DNA of 64,000 bases from an uncultured delta proteobacterium. GTDB lineage: Bacteria > Desulfobacterota > Binatia > DP-6. Numbering within the stretch: the stretch's first letter is position 1; each line of letters starts with the position of its first letter. Positions 39,357 to 48,401 of the stretch are shown here, in pieces. Below the pieces are notes generated by a model. That model had not been told where the DNA came from. It did no database searches and saw only the letters and a list, made by a program, of their open reading frames with translations. The stretch spans positions 352,001 to 416,000 of the forward strand of contig CAWFFN010000012.1 in the NCBI GenBank assembly GCA_963815115.1, in the 5' to 3' direction. The position numbers and the translations under genes were made by a program.

Positions 39357-41573
39357 CTATGTGGAGTAGGGATCGACGTCGACCACGAGGCGCACCCCGG
39401 CGCGACGGAGGGCGCCCTCGGCTGCGCGTGCGGAGCGGCCGAGCGCGCGCAGCGCGGGCACCTTCGCGGAGCGCAGGAGGATCTGCCACCGCCACCGGCC
39501 GCGGACGCGGGCGACGGGCGGCGGGGCGGGGCCGAGGACGGTGTCGTCTCCGGCATCGAGGGTGCGCGCCTGACCGCGCAGCCGCTCGGCGAGCCGCCTC
39601 GCCGCGTTCTCGACGCGCGACTCGTCCCGGCCCTCGAGCCGTAGCAGCACCAGGCGCGCGAAGGGTGGATAGCCGAGGATGCGGCGGCGCTCCAGCTCGC
39701 CGGCCATGAAGCCGGCGTAGTCGTGGCGCACGGCCGCCACCAGGCTCGCGTGCTCCGGCCGCAGCGTCTGCACCAGGACCTGCCCCGGCGCCGTGCCCCG
39801 ACCCGCCCGCCCGGCCACCTGCACGAGGAGCTGGAAGGTGCGCTCGCCGGCGCGGAAGTCGGGCACGTTGAGCGACAGATCGGCGAGCAGCACGACCACC
39901 AGCGTGACGCCCGGGACGTCGTGCCCCTTGCTGACCATCTGCGTGCCGACGAGGATGTCGGTGTCACCGGCGTGCCAGTCGCGCAGGATGCGCCGCTGCG
40001 CTCCGGGGCGTTGCGCGGCATCGCGGTCCATGCGATCGACGGCCGCGGCGGGGAAGCAGCTCTGCAGCATCGCCTCGATCTGCTCGGTGCCCACGCCGAA
40101 GGCCTCGAGCGGCGGACCGCCGCAGCTCTCGCACGCACGCGGCGAGGGGCGGTGGTGATGGCAGTGGTGGCAGACGAGGGCGCTGGCGCGGCGATGCCAG
40201 GTGAGCGTCACGCTGCACTGCGGGCAGCTCGCCGGCGTGCCGCAGGCGGGGCACTGGAGATAGGTGGCGAAGCCACGCCGGTTGAGGAACACCAGCGTCT
40301 GTCTCTGCGCCGCGAGGGTGCTCTCGAGGGCCGCCCGGACCTTGCTCGACAGGAGGTCCTCGCCGCGCCGGGGACGGCTGCCCGCGCGCAGATCGATCAG
40401 CTCGACGACGGGCAGTGGTTGCGGTGTCGGCCGCGAGGCGAGGACGAGCCTGGTGTGTCGGTTCTCGAGAGCCGCCTGGTATGTCTCCGAGGACGGCGTC
40501 GCCGAGGCCAGCACCACCACGCCGCCGGCGAGACGTGCCCTGACCACGGCCAGGTCACGCGCGTTGTAGCGGATGCCGTCCTCCTGCTTGTAGGCGGCGT
40601 CGTGCTCCTCGTCGACCACGATGAGGCGGGGACTGCCCAGCGGGGCGAACACCGCCGAGCGGGCACCGACCACCACGCGCGCCTCGCGTGCCCGGATGCG
40701 CCGCCACTCGGACCAGCGCTCGCGGGGACCGAGACCGCTGTGGAGGACGGCGACCAGATCGCCGAAGCGTCCGCGCACGCGCGCCACGAGCTGGTGCGTG
40801 AGGGCGATCTCCGGCACGAGCACGAGGACGTCGCCGCCCGCGGCGAGGGTATCGTCGGCCGCGGCCAGGAAGACCTCGGTCTTGCCGCTGCCGGTGATAC
40901 CGTGAAGCAGGAACGAGCGAGCAGCACCGGCGCGCACCGCGGTCACGATGGCCTCGGCCGCCGCGCGCTGCTCGCTGGTCAGGCTGACGCGGCTCGGGAC
41001 CGGCTCGGGCGGAGGAACCGCCCGCGGCCGCGGCGCTCGGCGCGCCTCCGCGAGCCCGGCGCGCACCAGGCCGCTCACGCCGCCCTGCTCGATTCCCGCA
41101 GCGCGGAAGTCCCGCGTCGCGAGCTGGCCGCCCGCGGCAGCGGCCAGGAGGCGATATGCCCGGGCGCGGGCAGGAGCGCGCCGCGCGAGCGCGTCCTCGT
41201 CCTCCCGCGCCAGGCGCCGGACGAGGACCAGCACGCGCTCTTCGGCTGGTTCGGGCAGCCGGGTCGGGACGATGGTGCCGATCACCTCGGCGAGCGACAC
41301 CAGGTAGTAGCGCGCCGTCCACCGGCACAGCTCGAGCAGGTCCGCCGGCAGGAGCGGCTCCGGATCGACGCAGTCGATCACGGAGCGCAGATCACCGCCG
41401 GGGAGCGACTCGGTGAATCCCGCCACCACGCCGAGCCGGATCTGGCGTCCGAGCGGGATGCGTACCCGCATTCCCGGCCGCACGCGCTCGCGCAGCGAGC
41501 CCGGCACTCGATACGTGAACAGATCTCGCAGCGGCACCGCCGGCAGCGGCGCGATCTCGACGAGGCCGGGCAT
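39357..41573 (-). CDS. priA: primosomal protein N' (replication restart helicase)
   Basis: HGITGSGKTEV, VDEEHD, four CxxC Zn motifs, GTQMVSKGHD, QVAGRAGR. Confidence 0.96.
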   Translation of the reverse strand: MPGLVEIAPLPAVPLRDLFTYRVPGSLRERVRPGMRVRIPLGRQIRLGVVAGFTESLPGGDLRSVIDCVDPEPLLPADLLELCRWTARYYLVSLAEVIGTIVPTRLPEPAEERVLVLVRRLAREDEDALARRAPARARAYRLLAAAAGGQLATRDFRAAGIEQGGVSGLVRAGLAEARRAPRPRAVPPPEPVPSRVSLTSEQRAAAEAIVTAVRAGAARSFLLHGITGSGKTEVFLAAADDTLAAGGDVLVLVPEIALTHQLVARVRGRFGDLVAVLHSGLGPRERWSEWRRIRAREARVVVGARSAVFAPLGSPRLIVVDEEHDAAYKQEDGIRYNARDLAVVRARLAGGVVVLASATPSSETYQAALENRHTRLVLASRPTPQPLPVVELIDLRAGSRPRRGEDLLSSKVRAALESTLAAQRQTLVFLNRRGFATYLQCPACGTPASCPQCSVTLTWHRRASALVCHHCHHHRPSPRACESCGGPPLEAFGVGTEQIEAMLQSCFPAAAVDRMDRDAAQRPGAQRRILRDWHAGDTDILVGTQMVSKGHDVPGVTLVVVLLADLSLNVPDFRAGERTFQLLVQVAGRAGRGTAPGQVLVQTLRPEHASLVAAVRHDYAGFMAGELERRRILGYPPFARLVLLRLEGRDESRVENAARRLAERLRGQARTLDAGDDTVLGPAPPPVARVRGRWRWQILLRSAKVPALRALGRSARAAEGALRRAGVRLVVDVDPYST

Positions 41574-41704
41574 CAACGAGCCGTCTGCTTAGAGCCCGTC
41601 TCGATGGGAGTCAAAGGTGCGACCGGCGAACACGAGTGTTGCACCGGCGTTTCGTGGCCACGCAGGTGACCGCGAATATCCGCGCGCTCGTTGCGGGCGC
41701 ATCG

Positions 41705-41720
41705 GGGCACGAGCCTTGCT
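41705..41720 (+). promoter_or_regulatory. sigma-54 promoter upstream of pilM
   Basis: GGGCAC-GAGCC-TTGCT, GG-N10-GC, 40 nt before the ATG. Confidence 0.7.
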
Positions 41721-41759
41721 CTCTGGACAGACGTGCGGTGGTGGACGGGATCCCCGGGC

Positions 41760-42680
41760 ATGCGGCGCTTCCACGCTCTCGACATCGGTTCGTGCAGCGT
41801 CAAGCTCCTCACCGTTCGCTCCGCCGCGGAGTGCGTGCGCATCGAGGCGATGGCGGTCGGCGAGCTGCCGGCAGGCGTCATGCACGGCCATCAGGTGCGC
41901 GAGCGCGAGATCGTCGCGGCGACCATTCGCCGGCTGGTGGGTGAGGTGAGCGGCCGGCGGCTGCCGGTGATCGTGGCGTTGCCGGGGCCCGCCGTCATGG
42001 TGCGGCACGTGGTCCTGCGCCCGCTTCCCGGCGAGCCGCTCGAGACGGCCGTGGTGCGCGAAGCGGCCGCGATCCTCCCGGACGCGCCGGAGCGTGCGGT
42101 CCTCGACTTCCAGGTGATGAGTCCGTGGCAGCAAGACGGCTCGTACGAGGTGGCGCTGGTGGCCGCTCGCAGGGAGCTCGTGCAGAGCTACACGGGAGCC
42201 ATCCGGGCCGCCGGTCTCGAGCCGCGGGCGGTCGACGTCGAGAGCCTCGCCCTCGAGCGCATGTATCGCCTGAGCCACCATCCCGGAGCGCCGGGCGCTC
42301 CGGTTGCACTGGTGCACGCCGGGGCGCGCTACACCGCCATCAGCGTGCTCCGCGGCGATCGGTCGGCGTTCGTCGGCGACGTACCCGCGGCGGGCTCTCC
42401 CGGCGACGGCGCCGCGCTTGCGGAGGAGGTCCAGCGTGCGCTCGGTCTCTTCTGGCCGGACCCCTCGGCCCCGCTCGGCTGCGCCGTCCTGTCGGGCGGC
42501 GCGTCTTCCCGCGCCGGCCTCGCCGCGGCGCTCGAGTCCCGGCTCGGTTGCCCGGTGACCATGGCGACACCCTTTCGCCGTGTGGAGGTCGGCAAGCGCG
42601 TGGATCGGCAGCAGCTCGATCGACTCGGACCGGCCCTGGCCGTCGCGGCGGGGCTGGCGTTGCGTTCAGCGCGCGCATGA
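41760..42680 (+). CDS. pilM: type IV pilus assembly protein PilM (shortened)
   Basis: ALDIGSCSVKL, LDFQV, ALVAARRELV..Y, AGLEPRAVDVE, LSGGAS, LAVAAGLALR. Confidence 0.8.
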   Translation: MRRFHALDIGSCSVKLLTVRSAAECVRIEAMAVGELPAGVMHGHQVREREIVAATIRRLVGEVSGRRLPVIVALPGPAVMVRHVVLRPLPGEPLETAVVREAAAILPDAPERAVLDFQVMSPWQQDGSYEVALVAARRELVQSYTGAIRAAGLEPRAVDVESLALERMYRLSHHPGAPGAPVALVHAGARYTAISVLRGDRSAFVGDVPAAGSPGDGAALAEEVQRALGLFWPDPSAPLGCAVLSGGASSRAGLAAALESRLGCPVTMATPFRRVEVGKRVDRQQLDRLGPALAVAAGLALRSARA

Positions 42681-43222
42681 TCGACGTCGATCTCCTTCCT
42701 CCCGACGAGGCCCGGCTCGCGTCGGAGCTGCGCCGCGCCCGGATCCGGAGCGCCGTCATCGTCGCGGTCGCGGCGGCGAGCTCACTCGGCGGGCACGGCG
42801 CTCTCTGGATGACGGCGGCCGCCACCGGCCGCACGCTCGCACGGGTCGATGAGGACCTTGCCGCCCTCAGACGACCGGCGGCGGCGCTGGGACGGCTCCG
42901 GCAGCGACGGGTCGAGCTGCGACGCAGGACACAGGCGATCGCGACCCTCGAGGCACGCGCCGGGGAGACCGCGCGCCTGCTCTCCGGGCTCGCCGCGGCC
43001 ACCCCCGAGCGGCTCTGGCTCTCCGAGCTGAGCCTCCTCGACGGACGCCTTCGGGTCGCAGGCTTCGCCGCGGACGAGCAGACCATCGCCGACTTCCTGG
43101 CGCGTCTACGCGGCGAGCGCTCGTTCCGCGACGTCGACCTCGACGAGGCCGCTCGCGACGATCGCGGGCCGTCCGGCGTGCGCCGATTCGTCGTCTCGGG
43201 GCGTGTCGGGGAGCCGGGATGA
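42677..43222 (+). CDS. pilN: type IV pilus assembly protein PilN
   Basis: MIDVDLLP (INLLP-like), TM helix, coiled coil, TPERLWLSEL. Confidence 0.8.
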   Translation: MIDVDLLPPDEARLASELRRARIRSAVIVAVAAASSLGGHGALWMTAAATGRTLARVDEDLAALRRPAAALGRLRQRRVELRRRTQAIATLEARAGETARLLSGLAAATPERLWLSELSLLDGRLRVAGFAADEQTIADFLARLRGERSFRDVDLDEAARDDRGPSGVRRFVVSGRVGEPG

Positions 43223-43836
43223 GCCTCGCGGCGCGGATCCCTCCACGTCGGTTGCCCATGGTCCTGCTGGCGGCAGCGGCGGCCGCCGCCCTGCTCGACT
43301 GGCGATGGTTCGGTCGTGAGCGCTTCGCGGAGCTGGCCGAGCGTCGGGCGCGCCTTGCCGATCGCCTCGCAGCGCTGGGGGCGGCGCGGCGAGAAGCCGC
43401 CTCGCTCGCCGGTACCAAGCGAGCCGTTCACGACGCTGCGCGTGCGCTCCATCGCGCCGAGGCGCGCCTGCCGGAGGAGCGCGAGCTGGCCGCGCTCCTG
43501 GCGGACGTCGCCGCCAGCGCGCGGGCAGCGGGGCTCGAGCTCATCCTCCTCCGACCCAAGCCGGAGCGTCTGGCCGGCGACCACGCCGAGGTGCCGCTCG
43601 AGATGCAGGTGCGCGGGACCTTTCACGCGACGGTCGCCTTCCTCGCCCAGATCGAACGGCTCGGCCGGCTCGTCCGCGTCGGCGGAGTCCGGCTCCAGCG
43701 ACCGGAGCAGGCAGGCGCGCACACCATCCTGCTGGTCACCTGCGACGTCTCCACGTTTCGCTTCCTCGCCGGAGCGCGGGGACGTACCGGCGCGGTGGAC
43801 CGGCGAGGCGAAAGGGTTCCCGGAGCGCACGAATGA
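43219..43836 (+). CDS. pilO: type IV pilus assembly protein PilO
   Basis: TM helix, coiled coil, LPEERELAALL, EVPLEMQVRGTFH. Confidence 0.82.
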   Translation: MSLAARIPPRRLPMVLLAAAAAAALLDWRWFGRERFAELAERRARLADRLAALGAARREAASLAGTKRAVHDAARALHRAEARLPEERELAALLADVAASARAAGLELILLRPKPERLAGDHAEVPLEMQVRGTFHATVAFLAQIERLGRLVRVGGVRLQRPEQAGAHTILLVTCDVSTFRFLAGARGRTGAVDRRGERVPGAHE

Positions 43837-44255
43837 CAGCGCGACGCTGCGTCCCCGGCGCCATCCTGGCAGCGTATCTGATCGCAGGTGGTGTGGCGGC
43901 CGGGACGCGTGATCCCTTCGCTCCGCCAGTCGCCGGGTCGCTCGGAGCGGAGGGGACTCCCCTCCAGCGCATCGACCCCGGTCGGCTCCGTCTGGTCGCC
44001 GTGGTCTCGGACACGAGTGCGGCCCACGCGGCCAAAGCCCTCCTCGAGGACGAGACCGGCCTCGGCTACATCGCCACGGTCGGGACGCCGGTCGGCCGCC
44101 GCGGCGGGGTCGTCGTCAGCATGGGACGCGGCTGGCTGCGCATTCGGGAGCCCGACGAGCCCGACGGGCCCGGCAACGGGCCCAGCCACCCGCCTGCCGA
44201 GCCCGAGCAGTCCGCGATCGTCCTGGAGATGTCGAGCATGGCTGAACGTCGATGA
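43833..44255 (+). CDS. pilP: type IV pilus assembly protein PilP
   Basis: RDPFAP, TPLQRID...LRLVAVV, ALLEDETGLGY; operon position. Confidence 0.75.
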   Translation: MTARRCVPGAILAAYLIAGGVAAGTRDPFAPPVAGSLGAEGTPLQRIDPGRLRLVAVVSDTSAAHAAKALLEDETGLGYIATVGTPVGRRGGVVVSMGRGWLRIREPDEPDGPGNGPSHPPAEPEQSAIVLEMSSMAERR

Positions 44256-45673
44256 GCAGGCGCCGAGGCGCGATCGCCCTGGTCATCCTGCTCGCGAGCG
44301 CATCCCGTCTCGCGATCGCCGGCGCGTCGACGGGGCCCGGCGGCAACGCTTCGCGGCGCATCTCGCTCGACCTGCAGGACGCCGACGTGCTGGGCGTGCT
44401 GCGCCTGCTGGCCGAGGTGGGCGGCATCAACGTCGCAGCCACCGACGACGTCAAGGGCAGGGTCACCCTGCATCTCACCCGCGTCCCGTGGAACCAGGCG
44501 CTCGCCCTGGTGTTGCGCCTGGGCCGGTTGGAGTCCTCACGTGAAGGTGACGTGCTGCGCGTGACGACGAGCGGGCGGCTGGGCGAGGAGCGCGAGGCGC
44601 TGAGAGCCGCCGGCGAGGCGGAGCGACGGGTGGCGCCGCTCCGCGTCCTCGCGCTGCCGGTGCGGTGGGCGCGGGCGGACGACGCGCTGGCGGAGAAGGT
44701 GCGAGGCGTGCTGTCCGACCGAGGCAGCGTCACCTCCGACGACCGCACCAACGCCCTCCTGGTGCGCGATCTCCCGGATGGCCTGCGCGACGCCGAGGCG
44801 CTGCTGCGCGCGCTCGACGTGCCCAGCCCTCAGGTCCTCATCGAGTCGAGCATCGTCGAGGCGACGGAAGACTTCGCGCGCGGGTTGGGCGTTCAGTGGG
44901 GATTCCGTTCCGGCGGCCAGCCCGCCGTCGGCACGCCGAGCGGCGCACCGTTCCTCGCCGACTTCCCGGTGCCGGCCACGTTCGGATCCGGCTTCGGACC
45001 GGGCACCGGCGCCGCCATCGACCTGGCGTTCGGCTCGCTCGCCGGCGATGGCCTCGCCGCCCGCTTGACCGCCCTGGAGGAGGCGGGCAAGGGTAGGGTC
45101 ATCAGCCGCCCGCGGGTCGTCACCATGAACAACGTCGCGGCGACGATTCAAAGCTTGACGATTCTCCGCGTCAAGCTGCCGTCGACGGGAACGGTGATCA
45201 ACACCGGCAGCGGCGGGGCTGCTGAGACGGCGAGCACGGCGACGGAGAAGATCAATACCGGCATCACGCTCGTGGTCATCCCCCAGGTCTCCTCGGACGG
45301 CTTCGTGCTGATGAACATCTACGCCAAGTCGAGCGTGCCCGACTTCAGCCGCACCGTGGAGGGCATCCCGACCGAGATCGCCCGCGAGGCCAACTCGAAC
45401 GTGCTGGTGCGCGACGGCGAGACGGTCGTGCTCGGAGGCATCTATCGGGCAGCGGGCGACGACCGCGAAGCCGGCGTGCCCTTCCTGGCGCGTGCGCCGG
45501 TCCTGGGCTGGCTCTTCAAGCGGAACCTCGTCAGCAAGCGTCGAGAGGAGCTGCTGGTGTTTCTCACCCCGCGGGTGCTGGGCGGCGGCGGCCTGGCGGG
45601 CGCGAACGCGCGGGAGCCATGGGCGGCGCGGCCGCGCGCAAGACCGCTCGACAGACCGCGAGAAGGGCAATGA
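44252..45673 (+). CDS. pilQ: secretin PilQ/HofQ (short form, no AMIN domains)
   Basis: ISLDLQDADV, VPWNQAL, DDRTNALLV, QVLIESSIVE, LVRDGETVVLGG, PVLGWLFK, ELLVFLTPR. Confidence 0.9.
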   Translation: MSRRRGAIALVILLASASRLAIAGASTGPGGNASRRISLDLQDADVLGVLRLLAEVGGINVAATDDVKGRVTLHLTRVPWNQALALVLRLGRLESSREGDVLRVTTSGRLGEEREALRAAGEAERRVAPLRVLALPVRWARADDALAEKVRGVLSDRGSVTSDDRTNALLVRDLPDGLRDAEALLRALDVPSPQVLIESSIVEATEDFARGLGVQWGFRSGGQPAVGTPSGAPFLADFPVPATFGSGFGPGTGAAIDLAFGSLAGDGLAARLTALEEAGKGRVISRPRVVTMNNVAATIQSLTILRVKLPSTGTVINTGSGGAAETASTATEKINTGITLVVIPQVSSDGFVLMNIYAKSSVPDFSRTVEGIPTEIAREANSNVLVRDGETVVLGGIYRAAGDDREAGVPFLARAPVLGWLFKRNLVSKRREELLVFLTPRVLGGGGLAGANAREPWAARPRARPLDRPREGQ

Positions 45674-46215
45674 CCGCCACCCACGTCATCCTGACCGGCT
45701 TCATGGGAACCGGGAAGACGGAGGTCGGGCGCCGGCTCGCGCGCGTTCTCGGGCGTCCGTTCGTCGACACCGACGCGCTCGTCGAATCCAGCGCGGGGCG
45801 CTCGGTCGCGGCCATCTTCGCCAGCGAGGGGGAGGCCGCGTTCCGCGAACGCGAGCGTGAGGCGATCGCCCAGGCCTGCACCCTCGCCGAGGCGGTGGTT
45901 GCGATCGGCGGCGGCGCCCTGCTCGATCCCGAGAACCGCCGCCGGCTGTTCGCTGCCGGCCCGGTCGTCTGCCTGCGCGCCACGCCGGGGGAGATCCTGC
46001 GCCGGGTGGGCGAGGCGCGCGATCGTCCGCTGCTGAACGGCGACGGGACGGCGTCGGCCGCCGAGCGCCTCGCTCGTATCGAGTCGTTGCTCGCGGCGCG
46101 AGCGGCGGCCTACGCACTGTCGACCCACACGGTGGACACCGACGGTCTCACGCCGGACGAGGTCACGCGCCGCGTGCGGGCGCTCGTCGAGCAGTCGGAC
46201 CGGAGCGGAGCGTGA
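45670..46215 (+). CDS. aroK: shikimate kinase
   Basis: LTGFMGTGKT, FVDTD, GEAAFR, GGG, RPLL. Confidence 0.95.
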   Translation: MTATHVILTGFMGTGKTEVGRRLARVLGRPFVDTDALVESSAGRSVAAIFASEGEAAFREREREAIAQACTLAEAVVAIGGGALLDPENRRRLFAAGPVVCLRATPGEILRRVGEARDRPLLNGDGTASAAERLARIESLLAARAAAYALSTHTVDTDGLTPDEVTRRVRALVEQSDRSGA

Positions 46216-47309
46216 CGGTTCCGACGGATCGTTCGACCGAGGTGGTGCTGGTCGACCTCGGCGATCGCTCGTACCCCATCGTGGTGGGTACAGGGATCCT
46301 CGCCAGCGTCGGCGAGCGCCTCGCGGCACTCGGTTACGCCGGACGCTGCGGCCTTCTGACCAGCGAGCGGGTCGGCGCCCTCTACCGGGCCCCGGTGCTC
46401 GACTCGCTCCGTGCCGCGGGATTCGACCCGCTCGTGGTCGAGATTCCCGACGGCGAGGAGCACAAGAGCCTTGCGGGATTGAACGCGGTCTACGATCGGC
46501 TGCTCGAGTCCGGCATCGAGCGGGGCTCGCCGCTGGTCGCCCTCGGCGGAGGGGTGATCGGAGACATGGGTGGATTCGCTGCCGCCACGCTGCTGCGCGG
46601 CCTTCCGGTCGTCCAGGTGCCCACCACGCTCCTCGCCCAGGTCGACGCCGCCATCGGGGGCAAGACGGGCGTCAACCACGCCCGGGGCAAGAATCTGATC
46701 GGTGCCTTCCACCAGCCACGCTTCGTCATCGCCGACGTCGACACGCTCGCGACGCTGCCGCCGCGCGAGCTCGCCGCGGGGCTCGCGGAGGTGATCAAGT
46801 ACGGGGTGATCGGCGATGCCGCCCTGTTCGCCGAGATCGAGGGCCGCCTGGACGACCTGCTCCGGCTCGATCGCGACCTCGTCGTGCGGGTGGTTGCGAC
46901 CTCCTGCCGTCAGAAGGCGGCCGTGGTGTCGGCCGACGAGCGCGAGGTCACCGGCCTCCGCGCCACGCTCAACTTCGGGCACACCGTCGGGCATGCCGTC
47001 GAGACGCTCACCGACTACCGCCGGTTCCTGCACGGCGAAGCGGTTGCCATCGGCATGGTGGCAGCGGCGCGCGTCTCGCAGGCCCTCGGGCTGTGCGACG
47101 GCCGTGCGGTGGCTCGCATCCGCGACGTCGCGGCCCGGGCGGGTCTGCCGACGGAGCTGCCCGCCGATCTGGCCCCGCCGGCACTCGCCGGTGCCATGCG
47201 CGGGGACAAGAAGTCGCACCGCGGGACGATCCGCTTCGTGGCGCTCGAGGAGATCGGGCGCGTGCGGCTGGTCGAGCTGACCGGCGCGGAGATCGCGAAG
47301 CACCTTTGA
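46212..47309 (+). CDS. aroB: 3-dehydroquinate synthase
   Basis: DGEEHK, ALGGGVIGD, PTTLLAQVDAAIGGKT, LNFGHTVGHA, HGEAVAIG. Confidence 0.96.
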   Translation: MTVPTDRSTEVVLVDLGDRSYPIVVGTGILASVGERLAALGYAGRCGLLTSERVGALYRAPVLDSLRAAGFDPLVVEIPDGEEHKSLAGLNAVYDRLLESGIERGSPLVALGGGVIGDMGGFAAATLLRGLPVVQVPTTLLAQVDAAIGGKTGVNHARGKNLIGAFHQPRFVIADVDTLATLPPRELAAGLAEVIKYGVIGDAALFAEIEGRLDDLLRLDRDLVVRVVATSCRQKAAVVSADEREVTGLRATLNFGHTVGHAVETLTDYRRFLHGEAVAIGMVAAARVSQALGLCDGRAVARIRDVAARAGLPTELPADLAPPALAGAMRGDKKSHRGTIRFVALEEIGRVRLVELTGAEIAKHL

Positions 47310-47366
47310 GTGCTGCCGCATCGGGTGCCGTTGCCCGGCGTCGCGGGTCTGGCTAGATCCGGTTCC

Positions 47367-48062
47367 ATGCGACCGCTGATGGCGATGCTGGGGTGGGGGT
47401 TGTTGCTTCTGGGGGGGCCGGCGCGCGGCGCGGGTCTGGCGGTGCAGGGGCCGGTGTACAACTTTGGCTCGGCCGAGCAGGGGACGACGGTCATGCACCA
47501 GTTCCCCCTCAAGAACACCGGCAGGACGACGATCCGGATCGAGGACGTACACAGCTCGTGCGGCTGCACCGCCGCGGCGGCCGAGGGCAAGACCCTCGCG
47601 CCCGGTCAGATCGCCTGGCTCGCCGTGCGCCTCGATACGACCGATCTCGTCGGCAAGACGACGAAGACGGTCACGCTCCGCACGTCCGATGCGCGGACGC
47701 CCGAGGTGCTGCTCGCGATGACCGGCACGGTGCTGTCCGACCTGGTCGTGACCCCGACGCCGCTCTACCTCGGCCACGTGTGGCGAGGCAGCCCGGTTCG
47801 GCAGGAGCTCCGTGTCAGCACGGGTCGTCCCGTGAGCCCCGGAAGCCCTGCCTATTCTATCAGCAGCGTCGAGACCGACTCGTGGGCGTTGCGCGCGCAC
47901 GTCGAGGCGGGCGACAAGCCGGGCGAGCAGAAGCTCGTCGTCGAGCTCGACCCCGAGGTGCCGGCCGGTCGCTTCAACGACCGGGTCGTCATCCACACCA
48001 CGAGCCCGCGCCAGCCGGTCATCACCGTCCCGGTATTCGGGGACATCATGGGGTGGGGCTAG
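47367..48062 (+). CDS. DUF1573-like secreted Ig-fold protein
   Basis: Signal peptide, YNFG, F.LKNTG, SSCGCT motif, second Ig-like repeat. Confidence 0.78.
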   Translation: MRPLMAMLGWGLLLLGGPARGAGLAVQGPVYNFGSAEQGTTVMHQFPLKNTGRTTIRIEDVHSSCGCTAAAAEGKTLAPGQIAWLAVRLDTTDLVGKTTKTVTLRTSDARTPEVLLAMTGTVLSDLVVTPTPLYLGHVWRGSPVRQELRVSTGRPVSPGSPAYSISSVETDSWALRAHVEAGDKPGEQKLVVELDPEVPAGRFNDRVVIHTTSPRQPVITVPVFGDIMGWG

Positions 48063-48067
48063 GAGCC

Positions 48068-48352
48068 CGACCCGAGACTCCGTCTCGGGTCGAGAGGGGA
48101 GCGAGCGTGTGGCGTTCGGTGGATCAGGCGGACGCCGTGCCGCGGCCGGCAAGGCCGGCGCGGCAAAACGTGCACGCCCGAGGCTGTGGCCCAACCCGTC
48201 CCGCGCCGCCCCCAGACGGCCCGTCGCAGCTCCAGGGTCACGCTCCGAAACGTCTGCCGCGCCGGCTTTGCCGGCCCGCGGCACGACGCCCGCACTGTCC
48301 AGCACGCCGCATTCTCGCCCTCCGTCCCGACCCGAGACGGAGTCTCGGGTCG
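48068..48352 (+). repeat. structured repeat element copy B (complete)
   Basis: 25-bp terminal inverted repeats, each a hairpin (CGACCCGAGACTCCGTCTCGGGTCG / CGACCCGAGACGGAGTCTCGGGTCG), plus inner inverted GC hairpins. Confidence 0.88.
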
Positions 48353-48401
48353 CGCTCGCACGCTTGCCCCACGACGCGGCGGTCGCTACCCCTGACGCTG
48401 C

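Noticed and set aside
32971-48352. CRISPR interpretation of the 25-bp palindromic repeats
   Set aside because: Repeats occur as inverted pairs ~200-235 bp apart at dispersed sites, not as direct repeats with uniform spacers; no cas genes
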